Shown here: piece by piece, positions 9,845 to 19,268 of the stretch
How the letters are laid out: every line of letters begins with the position of its first letter
How positions within the stretch are numbered: the stretch's first letter is position 1
Virus record (IMG/VR): IMGVR_UViG_3300029217_000180
DNA from: a virus
DNA length: 64,000 nucleotides
Strand: one strand, 5' to 3'
Position numbers and translations under genes: made by a program
Notes under the pieces: generated by a model
The model's input: the letters and a program-made list of their open reading frames with translations, nothing else
Database searches by the model: none
Told to the model about the DNA's origin: nothing

Positions 9845-10464
9845 AAACAGCGGAAACCGTAGCACTGGAAAAAGCAATCAGACTGGCCACAAGAAAGACA
9901 GGTGTATTTGGCTGCTATGAGGTAACAATCGGATTTTGCGGAAGAGAAAGAGTTGATTACATGACCTATGACACAAAGGGCATTTTCCGGTGCTATGAAA
10001 TTAAGGTGTCGAAAGCGGACTTCCATAGTGCTGCTGCAAAATCCTTTGTAGGCCATTACAACTATTATGTTCTCACAAGGGAATTATACAATCAGGTCAA
10101 GGAAGAGATACCGGACTGGATTGGTGTCTATATCGGAGATTACTGCGCTAAGAAAGCAAAGAAACAGGATTTATCCGGCAGAGAGTATAAAATGCGCCGT
10201 TCAGTCAATGGACGCAGTACAGAGGTATCTACTCCGTGGGTAGATATGCTCAAAGAGAGTATGATCCGTTCGTTGTATCGGGATTCTGATAAGCTGATAC
10301 AGACGGAGGATGAGCAGTATATAAGCCGTATCAGAAGTCAGATTGATAAGGCAAGGACTGAAAGGGACAGAGAATCCAAGAAGTACCTCAGATTGTGGAA
10401 AGCCGTAAGGAAAGAATTTGGCGATGAAAAGGCATGGGAACTCATAGAAAAGGCAGAGGAATAA
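9841..10464 (+). CDS. PD-(D/E)XK nuclease-like protein
   Basis: D..EIK (CYEIKVSKAD) motif spacing compatible with restriction-endonuclease-like fold; last gene of rightward block. Confidence 0.4.
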   Translation: MKTAETVALEKAIRLATRKTGVFGCYEVTIGFCGRERVDYMTYDTKGIFRCYEIKVSKADFHSAAAKSFVGHYNYYVLTRELYNQVKEEIPDWIGVYIGDYCAKKAKKQDLSGREYKMRRSVNGRSTEVSTPWVDMLKESMIRSLYRDSDKLIQTEDEQYISRIRSQIDKARTERDRESKKYLRLWKAVRKEFGDEKAWELIEKAEE

Positions 10465-10475
10465 AACCTCTGCCT
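10451..10475. terminator. bidirectional stem-loop between convergent genes
   Basis: AGGCAGAGG-aataaaa-CCTCTGCCT perfect 9-bp stem between stop of 9841-10464 (+) and stop of 10480-11160 (-). Confidence 0.6.
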
Positions 10476-10479
10476 TAAA

Positions 10480-11160
10480 TCATTTCCTGCCATTTATGGC
10501 AATCACTACATCATCAAAACCGGAATCAGAGTAGCAAGTGCCCTCCTGAGAAAGAGTTGTACCGGGCTGCAATTCCTGGTTATCATCCATAAAAGATAAT
10601 TCGCTAAAATTAACCATCTTCCCATCTTTAAGGTACACCACATCCATTAACACATAATCTACGGCGGAAGTTGCGTTGTTTGTCACGGATGCAACAATGC
10701 CGCTGTCGGTAGTATTGTAGTCAACGGATAAGTCAGAATAGACAGGAGAGTATTCCTTTTCCTCTGATACCGACAGTGTGTAATCGAAACTATCAATCTT
10801 ATCCCATTCATCAAATGTGGTCCATATACCGGCTGTTTGCCCTGGAGCAACCGCTTTTGTTCCATCGCTGGAAGAACCAACCATACTGCCGGAAGAATCC
10901 AATGCGGTCACATTCAGATCAATACTCACAACCTTATCTGAATTATTTGTTACATACATAACGTAATACATAAAAGAATCATCCACAGTACAGGAATAAT
11001 CCTGCGTACTCATCAAATCTGCAAGGTCTGTTTTGTCTTTACTTTCTGTCGTAGTCGTGACCGCAGTAGTGCCATTTTTGGTAGATGTACCGCCACCACA
11101 ACCAGTCAAAAGAACGGCCGACAGTAACAGTACGGCAAAATATCTCATCTTCATAGACAT
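10480..11160 (-). CDS. lipoprotein (signal peptide + lipobox LLTGC)
   Basis: MKMRYFAVLLLSAVLLTGCGGG; Thr/Ser-rich mature part. Confidence 0.6.
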   Translation of the reverse strand: MSMKMRYFAVLLLSAVLLTGCGGGTSTKNGTTAVTTTTESKDKTDLADLMSTQDYSCTVDDSFMYYVMYVTNNSDKVVSIDLNVTALDSSGSMVGSSSDGTKAVAPGQTAGIWTTFDEWDKIDSFDYTLSVSEEKEYSPVYSDLSVDYNTTDSGIVASVTNNATSAVDYVLMDVVYLKDGKMVNFSELSFMDDNQELQPGTTLSQEGTCYSDSGFDDVVIAINGRK

Positions 11161-11217
11161 ATCCTCCCTATATAAATGTTTAGTCCATTATACATCAATG
11201 TGTCTATCAATGCCACA

Positions 11218-12423
11218 TTATTCGCTTGCCTTGAAATTATATATAGGTTTCAGAATCGCAAGAATATCAACGGTTTCTCCAATACATTCCACAATCTCAT
11301 CAATAGGCTTGTATGCCATCGGTGCCTCATCTATGGTTTCCTCTGATACGGAAGTAGTGTAGATGCCATCCATAGAGTTTGAATAATCACTCATGTTTAG
11401 AGTTTCCTTTGCTTTCATCCGTGACATAAGCCGTCCAGCTCCATGCGGCGCAGAACAGTTCCAATCCTCATTTCCCTTGCCAGTTCCGAGAATACACCCA
11501 TCACGCATATTGATAGGGATAAGAACCTTTTCTTCGTACTTGGCAGAGATAGCACCTTTACGGACGATGTTGGAGTCGTGGTCGATATAATTGTGGATGC
11601 ACTCAAAATAATCCGGTATTTCCGCACCGACTCCCCATCCCATATGATTGCATATAATCTGTGCGATCATCACACGGTTGAAATATGCAAACTTCTGGCA
11701 GATACGCATATCATGTAAATACTGTTCACGATACTTTCCCTCTAAGTAGCACAGATCCTTTGGTAACTTCGGAGTAGTGGCGCGGAAGTTTTTGTGCAGT
11801 TCTTTTATTGCACCCTCAATCTCGGATTTCCTTCCGGCAGCCTTGTATTCCTCAATGAGCTTATTCTGACGCTCGTACAAATCGTCCTTGCCACACATCA
11901 ATTCATAGGCAAGGTTCTGATAGTAGTCCGCCACCTGTTTTCCAAGATTGCGGCTGCCAGTATGAATAACCAGATACTTATAACCGTCCTCCGCAACATC
12001 AACCTCAATGAAATGATTGCCACCGCCGAGAGTGCCGATAGAACGCTCAATGCGTTTGGTATCTCTCAATTCTCGGTAGCAGTAAAGATCCTGCAATTCA
12101 TCAAAACGGATCTGCCGGCCGTCATGCACATTTCTTCCGCTTGGAACATAAGTGCGAATGACTTTATCCAATCTATCAAAGTCGATTTCTCCGTGTCCGA
12201 TGCTTACGCAGAGCATACCGCATCCAATATCCACGCCAACGATGTTCGGAATTACTTTGTTTCCGAGATCCGCAGTAAAGCCAATGACACATCCCTTTCC
12301 GGCGTGAACATCCGGCATGATACGAACCTTACAGTCCTTAAAGGCATCCTGAGACAGAAGAGTGTTAATCTGTTCCAAAGCCTCATCTTCGATGGTTTTT
12401 GCATAAACTTTCAAATTACTCAT
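11218..12423 (-). CDS. rtcB: RtcB-family RNA 3'-phosphate/5'-OH ligase
   Basis: RIMPDVHAGKG, GTLGGGNHFIE, HTGSRNLG, SAPHGAGR conserved RtcB motifs; AGGAGG RBS before MSNLKVYAK start at 12423. Confidence 0.85.
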   Translation of the reverse strand: MSNLKVYAKTIEDEALEQINTLLSQDAFKDCKVRIMPDVHAGKGCVIGFTADLGNKVIPNIVGVDIGCGMLCVSIGHGEIDFDRLDKVIRTYVPSGRNVHDGRQIRFDELQDLYCYRELRDTKRIERSIGTLGGGNHFIEVDVAEDGYKYLVIHTGSRNLGKQVADYYQNLAYELMCGKDDLYERQNKLIEEYKAAGRKSEIEGAIKELHKNFRATTPKLPKDLCYLEGKYREQYLHDMRICQKFAYFNRVMIAQIICNHMGWGVGAEIPDYFECIHNYIDHDSNIVRKGAISAKYEEKVLIPINMRDGCILGTGKGNEDWNCSAPHGAGRLMSRMKAKETLNMSDYSNSMDGIYTTSVSEETIDEAPMAYKPIDEIVECIGETVDILAILKPIYNFKASE

Positions 12424-12433
12424 AGTGATCCTC

Positions 12434-13123
12434 CTATACTTTGTATGTTTTGTTATTTCCAGAATTTCCATTGTATTTTGTGAAAGGGCGAACCCATACA
12501 CGTTTACCGGTTTTGGTAGTTCGGTAAAATCCCCTCACACTTACCTGTTCGGTAGGCTTTGTGTAGTGCCTTTTTGTACCGTCTGCAGGAACAGGTCTGC
12601 TATCAATGCGGTATGTGGTTATCAGTGGTGTAGCACCGCCGGAACGGCGCAGGATTTTTCGATGCTTATGAGAAATGCGTTTCTCTTTCTGCTCCGTAGT
12701 CTCAATGCAGTTGCGGTAATGAGTTGCAAAACACATGAGAGAATGGAACTTCAATGCCTCCTTGTATGGCGTTCTGTCAGCGGCAAGAACCATCCGGGCA
12801 ACCTTTCGTTTCTCTTTGCTTAATCCGGCAGGAAAGACAATGTTTTCGATTTCCTGAGTTTTCGGATCATACCGATAATTGCAGACATACACGCCACCCA
12901 TATACAGATGCAGCCTGACGAATACACCCTCCTGCTCATAATAGAATTTAATATCTTCCTCCGGCAGCTCAACCAATGCGGAGGGGATGGGGATGCGGAA
13001 CTCTTCGGCATCCAACCAATCTTTATTTTGCTGATACCATTCAATGATCTTCTCTGTTTTCCCGATGGTATCGACTATGATTTTATTGCAGTTTGTAATA
13101 TCAATCATGCCTAAGACCTCCAT
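12434..13123 (-). CDS. hypothetical protein with basic C-terminus, upstream of rtcB in same operon
   Basis: 229-aa ORF, 10-nt gap to rtcB. Confidence 0.5.
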   Translation of the reverse strand: MEVLGMIDITNCNKIIVDTIGKTEKIIEWYQQNKDWLDAEEFRIPIPSALVELPEEDIKFYYEQEGVFVRLHLYMGGVYVCNYRYDPKTQEIENIVFPAGLSKEKRKVARMVLAADRTPYKEALKFHSLMCFATHYRNCIETTEQKEKRISHKHRKILRRSGGATPLITTYRIDSRPVPADGTKRHYTKPTEQVSVRGFYRTTKTGKRVWVRPFTKYNGNSGNNKTYKV

Positions 13124-13129
13124 TTCTTC

Positions 13130-13383
13130 AATGGTTCCTTATAGCATTTGTCTATTTGGACACGTTCTTATCAAGCGGCATCGTGCGCTCCGCCGGAGAT
13201 ACGCGAATGTCAGGAGATCCCACTATCCTTATCCGGTTTCGCATTAAAGCCGGAAAACCTGTCAACCAACAAAGGGATGGTGTATGCCGTTATCAACCCT
13301 CATACCGGCAGCAGTTTTCACATTAAAAACTGCCAGAAACCTGTTACACGACACTCAAATAGACAAATCTTATAAGGAACCAT
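13130..13383. repeat. ~250-bp element bounded by 29-bp imperfect inverted repeats, directly downstream of recombinase gene
   Basis: AATGGTTCCTTATAGCATTTGTCTATTTG (13130-13158) vs reverse complement of CAAATAGACAAATCTTATAAGGAACCATT (13354-13383), 27/29 identical. Confidence 0.45.
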
Positions 13384-13398
13384 TACTATATATGCGCC

Positions 13399-13995
13399 TC
13401 ATTTGGGGCGGTAAATAATATCAACGTGGGAATCTAATGCCTGTTCAATCTTTTCGTCCGTAACACCCAAGTAACGAGCCGTAACGGCGGCGGAACTGTG
13501 CTGATACAGGCGGCGGACCAGTTCAATGTCCTTTCCGTTCTTGTAGTAAATCTCTGTTCCGAAGTATTTACGGAACGAATGGGTGGATATATCCTCATAC
13601 CCAGGACCGAGCCAGTCGCAAACCTTTTTCAGATGCTTTTGCACTGCCCGGACACCGATAGGGAATATCAGATCATCGCCCTTAATGCCCTCAGAGTCCG
13701 CATATTCAAGGAGGAAGTTGTAGACCTGTTCCTGGACCTTGAAACGGCGAACCTTTCCGGTCTTATGCTCAACGATATTGAAAGCGTGGCCGGAGGGCGT
13801 CTTAATGAAAGAGGAACGCCGGAGGGAGAGCGTATCGCCAATGCGAAGCCCTACATTCGCCTCAATAACGAGGATCGTAGCAATCCGGGGATTAGGCTGT
13901 ATGCAGTCTCCAATGCCCTCATATAAAGTTTTTATGATAGTCTCGTACTGTTCATGTGTACAAGCTGTTGTTGTCTTTCCTGCCATTCTAACCAT
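13399..13995 (-). CDS. tyrosine recombinase, catalytic domain only (198 aa)
   Basis: RIGDTLSLRR (Arg I), HSFRKYF (His-x-x-Arg), LYQHSSAAVTARYLGV (catalytic Tyr region); no N-terminal SAM-like/arm-binding domain. Confidence 0.7.
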   Translation of the reverse strand: MVRMAGKTTTACTHEQYETIIKTLYEGIGDCIQPNPRIATILVIEANVGLRIGDTLSLRRSSFIKTPSGHAFNIVEHKTGKVRRFKVQEQVYNFLLEYADSEGIKGDDLIFPIGVRAVQKHLKKVCDWLGPGYEDISTHSFRKYFGTEIYYKNGKDIELVRRLYQHSSAAVTARYLGVTDEKIEQALDSHVDIIYRPK

Positions 13996-14003
13996 CCTCC
14001 TAC

Positions 14004-15251
14004 TTACTGATTTTTCATCAAACCGGCAACGATATTGTTGATTGCCGTCTCAGATACAAACCCACCTTGCAACCTTACCGGGGAAAGAGAACCATTAGGG
14101 AGAAATAGCATATCGCCATGTCCCATGAGCTTTTCGCCGCCGGCCATATCCAATGCAACCATAGAGTTTGTGACTGTACCAACACGGAGACAGATCTTTG
14201 TAGGCATATTTGCCTTAATCAATCCAGTAACAACCTTTGCAACCGGGTACTGTGTAGCGATTACAAGGTGGATGCCACAGGCACGGGCTTTCTGTGCAAT
14301 TCTTACAATATGTCCCTCAACGGATTTCCCACCCATGCTCATAAGGTCGGATAACTCATCAATGAAAACTATGTCACGCCTCATAGGAGCATCTGCGAAC
14401 TTTGTATTATAGCTGTCAATGTCACGGCAGCCGGTAGAGGCAAGAATGGAGTAGCGGCGATCCATCTCAATACAAAGGTTCTTCAATAGTTCAACCGCAC
14501 CATTTACCTCAGATACAACCGTACACGCTGCAAGGTTCTTGTAATACTCAAACTCTGTTGCTTTTGGGTCAATGATATATAAGTGCATCTGTGCCGGATT
14601 CTTTTTCATCAATAGAGACAAGATGAGGTTATGCAGAACGATTGATTTACCAGATCCGGTCATACCAGAAATGAGGATATGGCAAGCCTTGGCAATATCA
14701 ATGTAATGCTTGGAACCGTCAACCGCCATGCCGATCGCCATTGTGAAACCACTGGAGGACTGATACGCATTATCAATGAGCATATCGCCCAGGAACACGG
14801 TTTCTGTACCGGTCGGAACCTCAATATACACATAGCCATTATCAAATCTCAAAGAGGCGTTGCAATGTAAAGCTGCCTGAAATTCCTTTTCATGTCTCAA
14901 AATGGCTTGCACCTGAGTTCCGGGAGCCGGTTCAATAACATACTGTGTAAGGCGTGGCCCTTGATTGATTTTTGCAAGGGTGGAGCGGAGGCGGAAAGAG
15001 TTCAATACACTCAATATGGTTTCGGCTTCGTTCTTTACTCCATGAGATCCCCATGAGGTGTGATAAGTCATATTGCCATCAACGGCAGGGAAGATATACG
15101 GCTTTGTAAGTTCATACGCCGGAGCGGTGGCAGCGGTCTGTCTCTCTGCGGACTCTTTCAGTCCTACATTGAGAAGTGCGCGGGCCTCGCTGTGTTTTCT
15201 ATTTGCGGTCAATGCCTCCATACAGTTAATAAATACGCTTTTCTTTCTCAT
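14004..15251 (-). CDS. FtsK/SpoIIIE-family DNA translocase-like ATPase
   Basis: GMTGSGKS Walker A, FIDELSDL Walker B, HLVIATQ motif; start placed at MRKKSVF with AAAGGA RBS. Confidence 0.75.
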   Translation of the reverse strand: MRKKSVFINCMEALTANRKHSEARALLNVGLKESAERQTAATAPAYELTKPYIFPAVDGNMTYHTSWGSHGVKNEAETILSVLNSFRLRSTLAKINQGPRLTQYVIEPAPGTQVQAILRHEKEFQAALHCNASLRFDNGYVYIEVPTGTETVFLGDMLIDNAYQSSSGFTMAIGMAVDGSKHYIDIAKACHILISGMTGSGKSIVLHNLILSLLMKKNPAQMHLYIIDPKATEFEYYKNLAACTVVSEVNGAVELLKNLCIEMDRRYSILASTGCRDIDSYNTKFADAPMRRDIVFIDELSDLMSMGGKSVEGHIVRIAQKARACGIHLVIATQYPVAKVVTGLIKANMPTKICLRVGTVTNSMVALDMAGGEKLMGHGDMLFLPNGSLSPVRLQGGFVSETAINNIVAGLMKNQ

Positions 15252-15268
15252 GGTTCTCAATCCTTTCT

Positions 15269-15472
15269 TTACCGGATGCCGGTAGTACACAACTTTCTGT
15301 TTAATGCCTGTAATTCTTTGATGTGTATGTCAATAGCTTTCTGCGATTCAGCGTCACATACAAGGCGTTGCGCCTGCCCTGCGTTCTCTATCATCGTCAA
15401 TACGCTGTCACTCAATAATGTCTGTTCTCTATCTGTCAATGAAATAACTACCACGTTCATACCTCCTACCAC
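15269..15472 (-). CDS. hypothetical protein
   Basis: 67-aa ORF overlapping neighbours by few nt. Confidence 0.3.
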   Translation of the reverse strand: MVGGMNVVVISLTDREQTLLSDSVLTMIENAGQAQRLVCDAESQKAIDIHIKELQALNRKLCTTGIR

Positions 15473-15705
15473 ATATCATTACTTGAAAAAGTATTCAAAA
15501 GGATCTCATTGTCGGTTTCTGTTATATCCAGATAGTTGCCGGAATCATCAATAATACTCAATGCTTTTTCTTTGGTTATAGGTCTTTTCTCTGCACCCCT
15601 AAAAGCGAAGCCATATCGGAACATCAAAGGCTTTTCGGATACCTCAACAACTTCCCTTGCCTTGGCTCTGTCCAAGGTACCTTTATAGAATGACATTTCT
15701 AACAT
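15466..15705 (-). CDS. hypothetical protein
   Basis: 79-aa ORF. Confidence 0.4.
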   Translation of the reverse strand: MLEMSFYKGTLDRAKAREVVEVSEKPLMFRYGFAFRGAEKRPITKEKALSIIDDSGNYLDITETDNEILLNTFSSNDMW

Positions 15706-15757
15706 TTTGTGTTACCTCCATATTACAACGTGTTACATATCGTTACAATGTAACGGA

Positions 15758-16123
15758 TTAGATTAAAATACTCTCAATCAATCGGCGGTTTCCGGGTGTA
15801 ACCTCTCCGCCGTAGTTGGAAACGGTTAGAATCAGGTCAATAGCCGTTCTCAATCCTCGAAGCTCGGCAGATACCCGGCTGCGCTCATTGTGGTAATTTT
15901 TCAACGCCTCACGCTGAATAGGAAGCTCAATAGAAAGCTCAAAGCGTGTGCGGCGCGGTGTGGATGGGTTGTTATAGGTGCGATCCATTGCATCAATGGC
16001 AGCCATGCGGCGATCCTCTTCAATGCTCATGCGCTTTTCTGTTGCTTCAAGGCTTGACACCTTGGCCTGCAGTAACTCAAAACTGCTCATACCGTTCTCA
16101 ATTCTCAATGCTGTATTATTCAT
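15758..16123 (-). CDS. hypothetical protein
   Basis: 121-aa ORF. Confidence 0.4.
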   Translation of the reverse strand: MNNTALRIENGMSSFELLQAKVSSLEATEKRMSIEEDRRMAAIDAMDRTYNNPSTPRRTRFELSIELPIQREALKNYHNERSRVSAELRGLRTAIDLILTVSNYGGEVTPGNRRLIESILI

Positions 16124-16151
16124 GGTTTCTTATCCTCCTAAACTCAATATG

Positions 16152-16727
16152 TTATGCTGTGACTACTTCATAATTTGCTGGGATCCTGGTTGCTGGCATA
16201 TAACGGCCGGATGATTGGCAGAACCAGAAAGGGCGTTTGAACTGATACGCCGCGGCGTGTTTCAATAGTCCGATGCTTTCCCCAGTGTGGAGAGTAAAGC
16301 GGATCACTGCGCCGACAGGTAAATTTTTCAATGCGTGCGGATCTTTCTTTGCTTCAATGTTCTTTCTGCATCTCTCGCGCCAGTTATTGGCATATTCTGA
16401 ATCAGTAGGGGAGAGAAGAGAGAGAATAGAAGCCGGGCAATGATCTTCACATGGTCCAGAACTTTCTCCCATCGCCTTAACTCCAAAGTTGAAATAATCC
16501 CGGCTGTTGGTGTGCGTCAATACAACGGCGGCGAATGTCTCAGACTCTCCGGTGCTCAATATGGTTACTTTAACAGCGGCGTAATATGTACCGCCTACCA
16601 TTGCGGAGCGCACAACCTCGACTTTTCTGGTGTCGTTCTGCCATGTGTAAAGCTCGTCAATTTCTGCTTTCCGGTCAATAGCTCCGGTTCTGGTGTAGTG
16701 TGTAGCGTGTGTATAATCCCATCCCAT
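16152..16727 (-). CDS. hypothetical protein
   Basis: 191-aa ORF. Confidence 0.45.
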   Translation of the reverse strand: MGWDYTHATHYTRTGAIDRKAEIDELYTWQNDTRKVEVVRSAMVGGTYYAAVKVTILSTGESETFAAVVLTHTNSRDYFNFGVKAMGESSGPCEDHCPASILSLLSPTDSEYANNWRERCRKNIEAKKDPHALKNLPVGAVIRFTLHTGESIGLLKHAAAYQFKRPFWFCQSSGRYMPATRIPANYEVVTA

Positions 16728-16742
16728 AATATAAAGGCCTCC

Positions 16743-17039
16743 TTAATCCTGCACCGGCTCACATTGTAAGCGGTGGTTTTTGCTGAATGTTATCAATATA
16801 CGCTTTGCGTGGTTCCTATGTTTGAAATCCTCAAAGAATTTTATCAATGTATCATACTTGAAATAGTGCAAGCCGATTTCCATATACTCAATATAGCGGC
16901 TGTCTGTTATATAGATCCCCTGACAGTTCCCGTATTTCTTGAAAAACTGCATTTTCTCTATATACTCATCAATATTTACGGTTTGCCCCTCTTGCAGATG
17001 TTCCAATACTGCGGAACGGTTCAGGCATTTATAAGCCAT
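16743..17039 (-). CDS. hypothetical protein
   Basis: 98-aa ORF. Confidence 0.4.
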   Translation of the reverse strand: MAYKCLNRSAVLEHLQEGQTVNIDEYIEKMQFFKKYGNCQGIYITDSRYIEYMEIGLHYFKYDTLIKFFEDFKHRNHAKRILITFSKNHRLQCEPVQD

Positions 17040-17103
17040 CCTAAAGCCTCCGATCTTTTAATATATCCGGCAGAGCCGGGGCGGATGATCCGCCGCCGTC
17101 CGT

Positions 17104-17484
17104 CTATGCCTGCCATACTCCGCAATATTTACAAGTGCTATTAGGTGCTTCGGGTTCTCCGAAGATAAACCGGCGGATCTGGTCTTGCATGGTGTCCGGG
17201 ATAAGCCGCGCCCACTGTGTAGCGTTCCGCCATCGGTTCACGGCTCTAGTTGCAATATAAAGCCGGTTGCGTGTCTCTGTGTCCATTTGGAAAACCTCCG
17301 CCAATGTATCAACGGCGTTTTGTTCCCTGTCGTGAACCTCTCGCGCATAATTAACATGATTTTTTCGGGTTGTGATTTCCTCAAAGGGACCACGGTATAA
17401 GGTTTTAGAGCTATAACAATATTCGTTGTAGGCCTCATTTTCTGCGGCTACTGCGTCAATAAGTCTTTCAATGTCGATTTTCAT
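17104..17484 (-). CDS. hypothetical protein
   Basis: 126-aa ORF. Confidence 0.45.
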   Translation of the reverse strand: MKIDIERLIDAVAAENEAYNEYCYSSKTLYRGPFEEITTRKNHVNYAREVHDREQNAVDTLAEVFQMDTETRNRLYIATRAVNRWRNATQWARLIPDTMQDQIRRFIFGEPEAPNSTCKYCGVWQA

Positions 17485-17485
17485 A

Positions 17486-17884
17486 CTATGCGCCCCCTTT
17501 CTTTTTCGGCTCCATCTTGGAGAGTTTCACAATGTCATAAAATGGGATAGAGGAACGGGAACCGCGGAACGTGTCGCGGATGTCCTCAATGTAGTTATAA
17601 CGGGCTTTTAAGTTCTCAATATCTGCGGTTACTTCCTCATATTCTGCCGGGGTCAAGTCGTGCAAATGGCAATGATCCCACTTTTCAAAGAAGCGGCGAG
17701 CCGGTGAGAACTTCGGCAGCAGATCCCGCTGAGCCTGTCCGCATCTGGTATAATCTCGCTTACTTCTGCAGAACTCATTCGCAGAGGTTGAGAAGTACGG
17801 CGCGGAGTTGGTACCGAGGGTGTAAAACTCCACTTCAAAAGTGATCAATTTTGAAATCTGGAAAACATACATAAATTCTTTCAT
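17486..17884 (-). CDS. hypothetical protein (starts MKEFMYVF)
   Basis: internal Met chosen so that gene abuts 17889-18161 with 5-nt overlap. Confidence 0.4.
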   Translation of the reverse strand: MKEFMYVFQISKLITFEVEFYTLGTNSAPYFSTSANEFCRSKRDYTRCGQAQRDLLPKFSPARRFFEKWDHCHLHDLTPAEYEEVTADIENLKARYNYIEDIRDTFRGSRSSIPFYDIVKLSKMEPKKKGGA

Positions 17885-17888
17885 AACT

Positions 17889-18161
17889 TTATACAACCTC
17901 CTTTGCTGCTTCTCTTGCACCCCATTTTGTAGCGTGTTCCTGGAACTCTCCGACCGTCTCAACGTGGAGAAAGTCAGGAGAGAAACGGCGCACGGTGTAA
18001 GCTCTGCGGCTGCCGTCAAAATTGTTTTCACTGGTAACAAAACAGCGGTTTTTATACAAAGAGGATTCTATACGAGATCCCCAATATTTGAACGTTTCAC
18101 GGTCGAAAAAGGGGCCTTTTCCGGTTCTATAAATGGCTTTCGCCTCTGATAATGTCATCAT
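17889..18161 (-). CDS. hypothetical protein
   Basis: 90-aa ORF. Confidence 0.4.
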   Translation of the reverse strand: MMTLSEAKAIYRTGKGPFFDRETFKYWGSRIESSLYKNRCFVTSENNFDGSRRAYTVRRFSPDFLHVETVGEFQEHATKWGAREAAKEVV

Positions 18162-18226
18162 AATATATAAGCCTCCTATATTTTGAGAGGGAGCGCCCCG
18201 GAGGGCGCGCGCCTCGTTTCTGTCAA

Positions 18227-18628
18227 TTAGTAATTTTCGTAATATTCATTAAGGGCGGTTTTTTCGTCCTCTGTAAAAATACGGTCAATAGCTGCCGCGG
18301 TACGCTTGCAAGCCTTATAAGCCTTTAAGCCTTTGCGAACCTGATCCGCTCCGCCGTCAATATATCCAAACTCTGTTAAAAAGTCCGCCTCATCTGTGCA
18401 GCTATCAGCACAAGAAGCATCAGACAAGAGACAATATAAACAATCTTTTTTTGTTGGCTCATGCGTTGCGCTTGGGTTGCATTGATAATCAAAAGTGTAG
18501 CGGCGATTATTTGCCGGGTTGATAATGCGGCATTTATAGAGAACGTGGGACGGTGTAAAAAGGTCCTTTTGTTCGTCTGCCTCTGTTACTGTGAATCTCA
18601 AAGAATCAATAATTTTTTCTGCTGTCAT
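18227..18628 (-). CDS. hypothetical Cys-rich protein, first gene of leftward operon
   Basis: start at MTAEKIID with AGAGGGAAAG RBS; CxxxxxxxxCLYC..C...C. Confidence 0.45.
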   Translation of the reverse strand: MTAEKIIDSLRFTVTEADEQKDLFTPSHVLYKCRIINPANNRRYTFDYQCNPSATHEPTKKDCLYCLLSDASCADSCTDEADFLTEFGYIDGGADQVRKGLKAYKACKRTAAAIDRIFTEDEKTALNEYYENY

Positions 18629-18649
18629 GGTCTTTCCCTCTCTTTTCTG

Positions 18650-18678
18650 TTGTTCCATCCGGGAAAGCCTGTTATAAT
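18650..18678 (+). promoter_or_regulatory. sigma-70-like promoter (TTGTTC-17-TGtTATAAT) pointing rightward, antisense to leader of leftward operon
   Basis: perfect extended -10 TGTTATAAT at 18670-18678, -35 TTGTTC at 18650-18655. Confidence 0.4.
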
Positions 18679-19268
18679 AGGAGACAAGCCCCGGAGGGGT
18701 GGCGGCGGTCCGTGTCGCTTGGTGGGTGTAGCGGATCGCCCTTTTTTATTTTGTTTCAAAGTCGTTTACGTCAGACTTGCAGACGGCGGCTTGCAGGGGT
18801 TCGCCTGTCCTATTCCCTTTTATGCTGCGTGTATATAGGCAACTCGTTCCAGCCATCGCCCCGGCTCAATAGTTCCGGAGCGGTTCCCGCTTTCCCGATC
18901 TCGTGCGGTTCTGAAAGTTTCAAAGTGCTTTCATACTTCCAATAACTTAATTATCTTTTTTATATGTGCGGTGTGAATTGGTACACCCTAGCACAGGTTT
19001 ACAATTTTCCTTTTGCCTGATATATGCACTCATTACCACAGGGGCAGCCCTCACAGGAGATACAAGCCGGAGGCGGTGGGGCGTGTGTTTCGGTCTCGTC
19101 TTAATAAGTGCCGCGCCGCCGTTGCCTTGGTCCGGGTTGGTTCCCTTGGTCCGGTCTGCGGTGCGTTGTTCTTTTGGGGTACACCGTGCGCCCTTGCCTG
19201 CGCTTGTTTGTTTTGTTGAACGTCCGGCGGTTCGTTGTTGTCCATTGCGGTTCGTTCTTTATGCTTGT

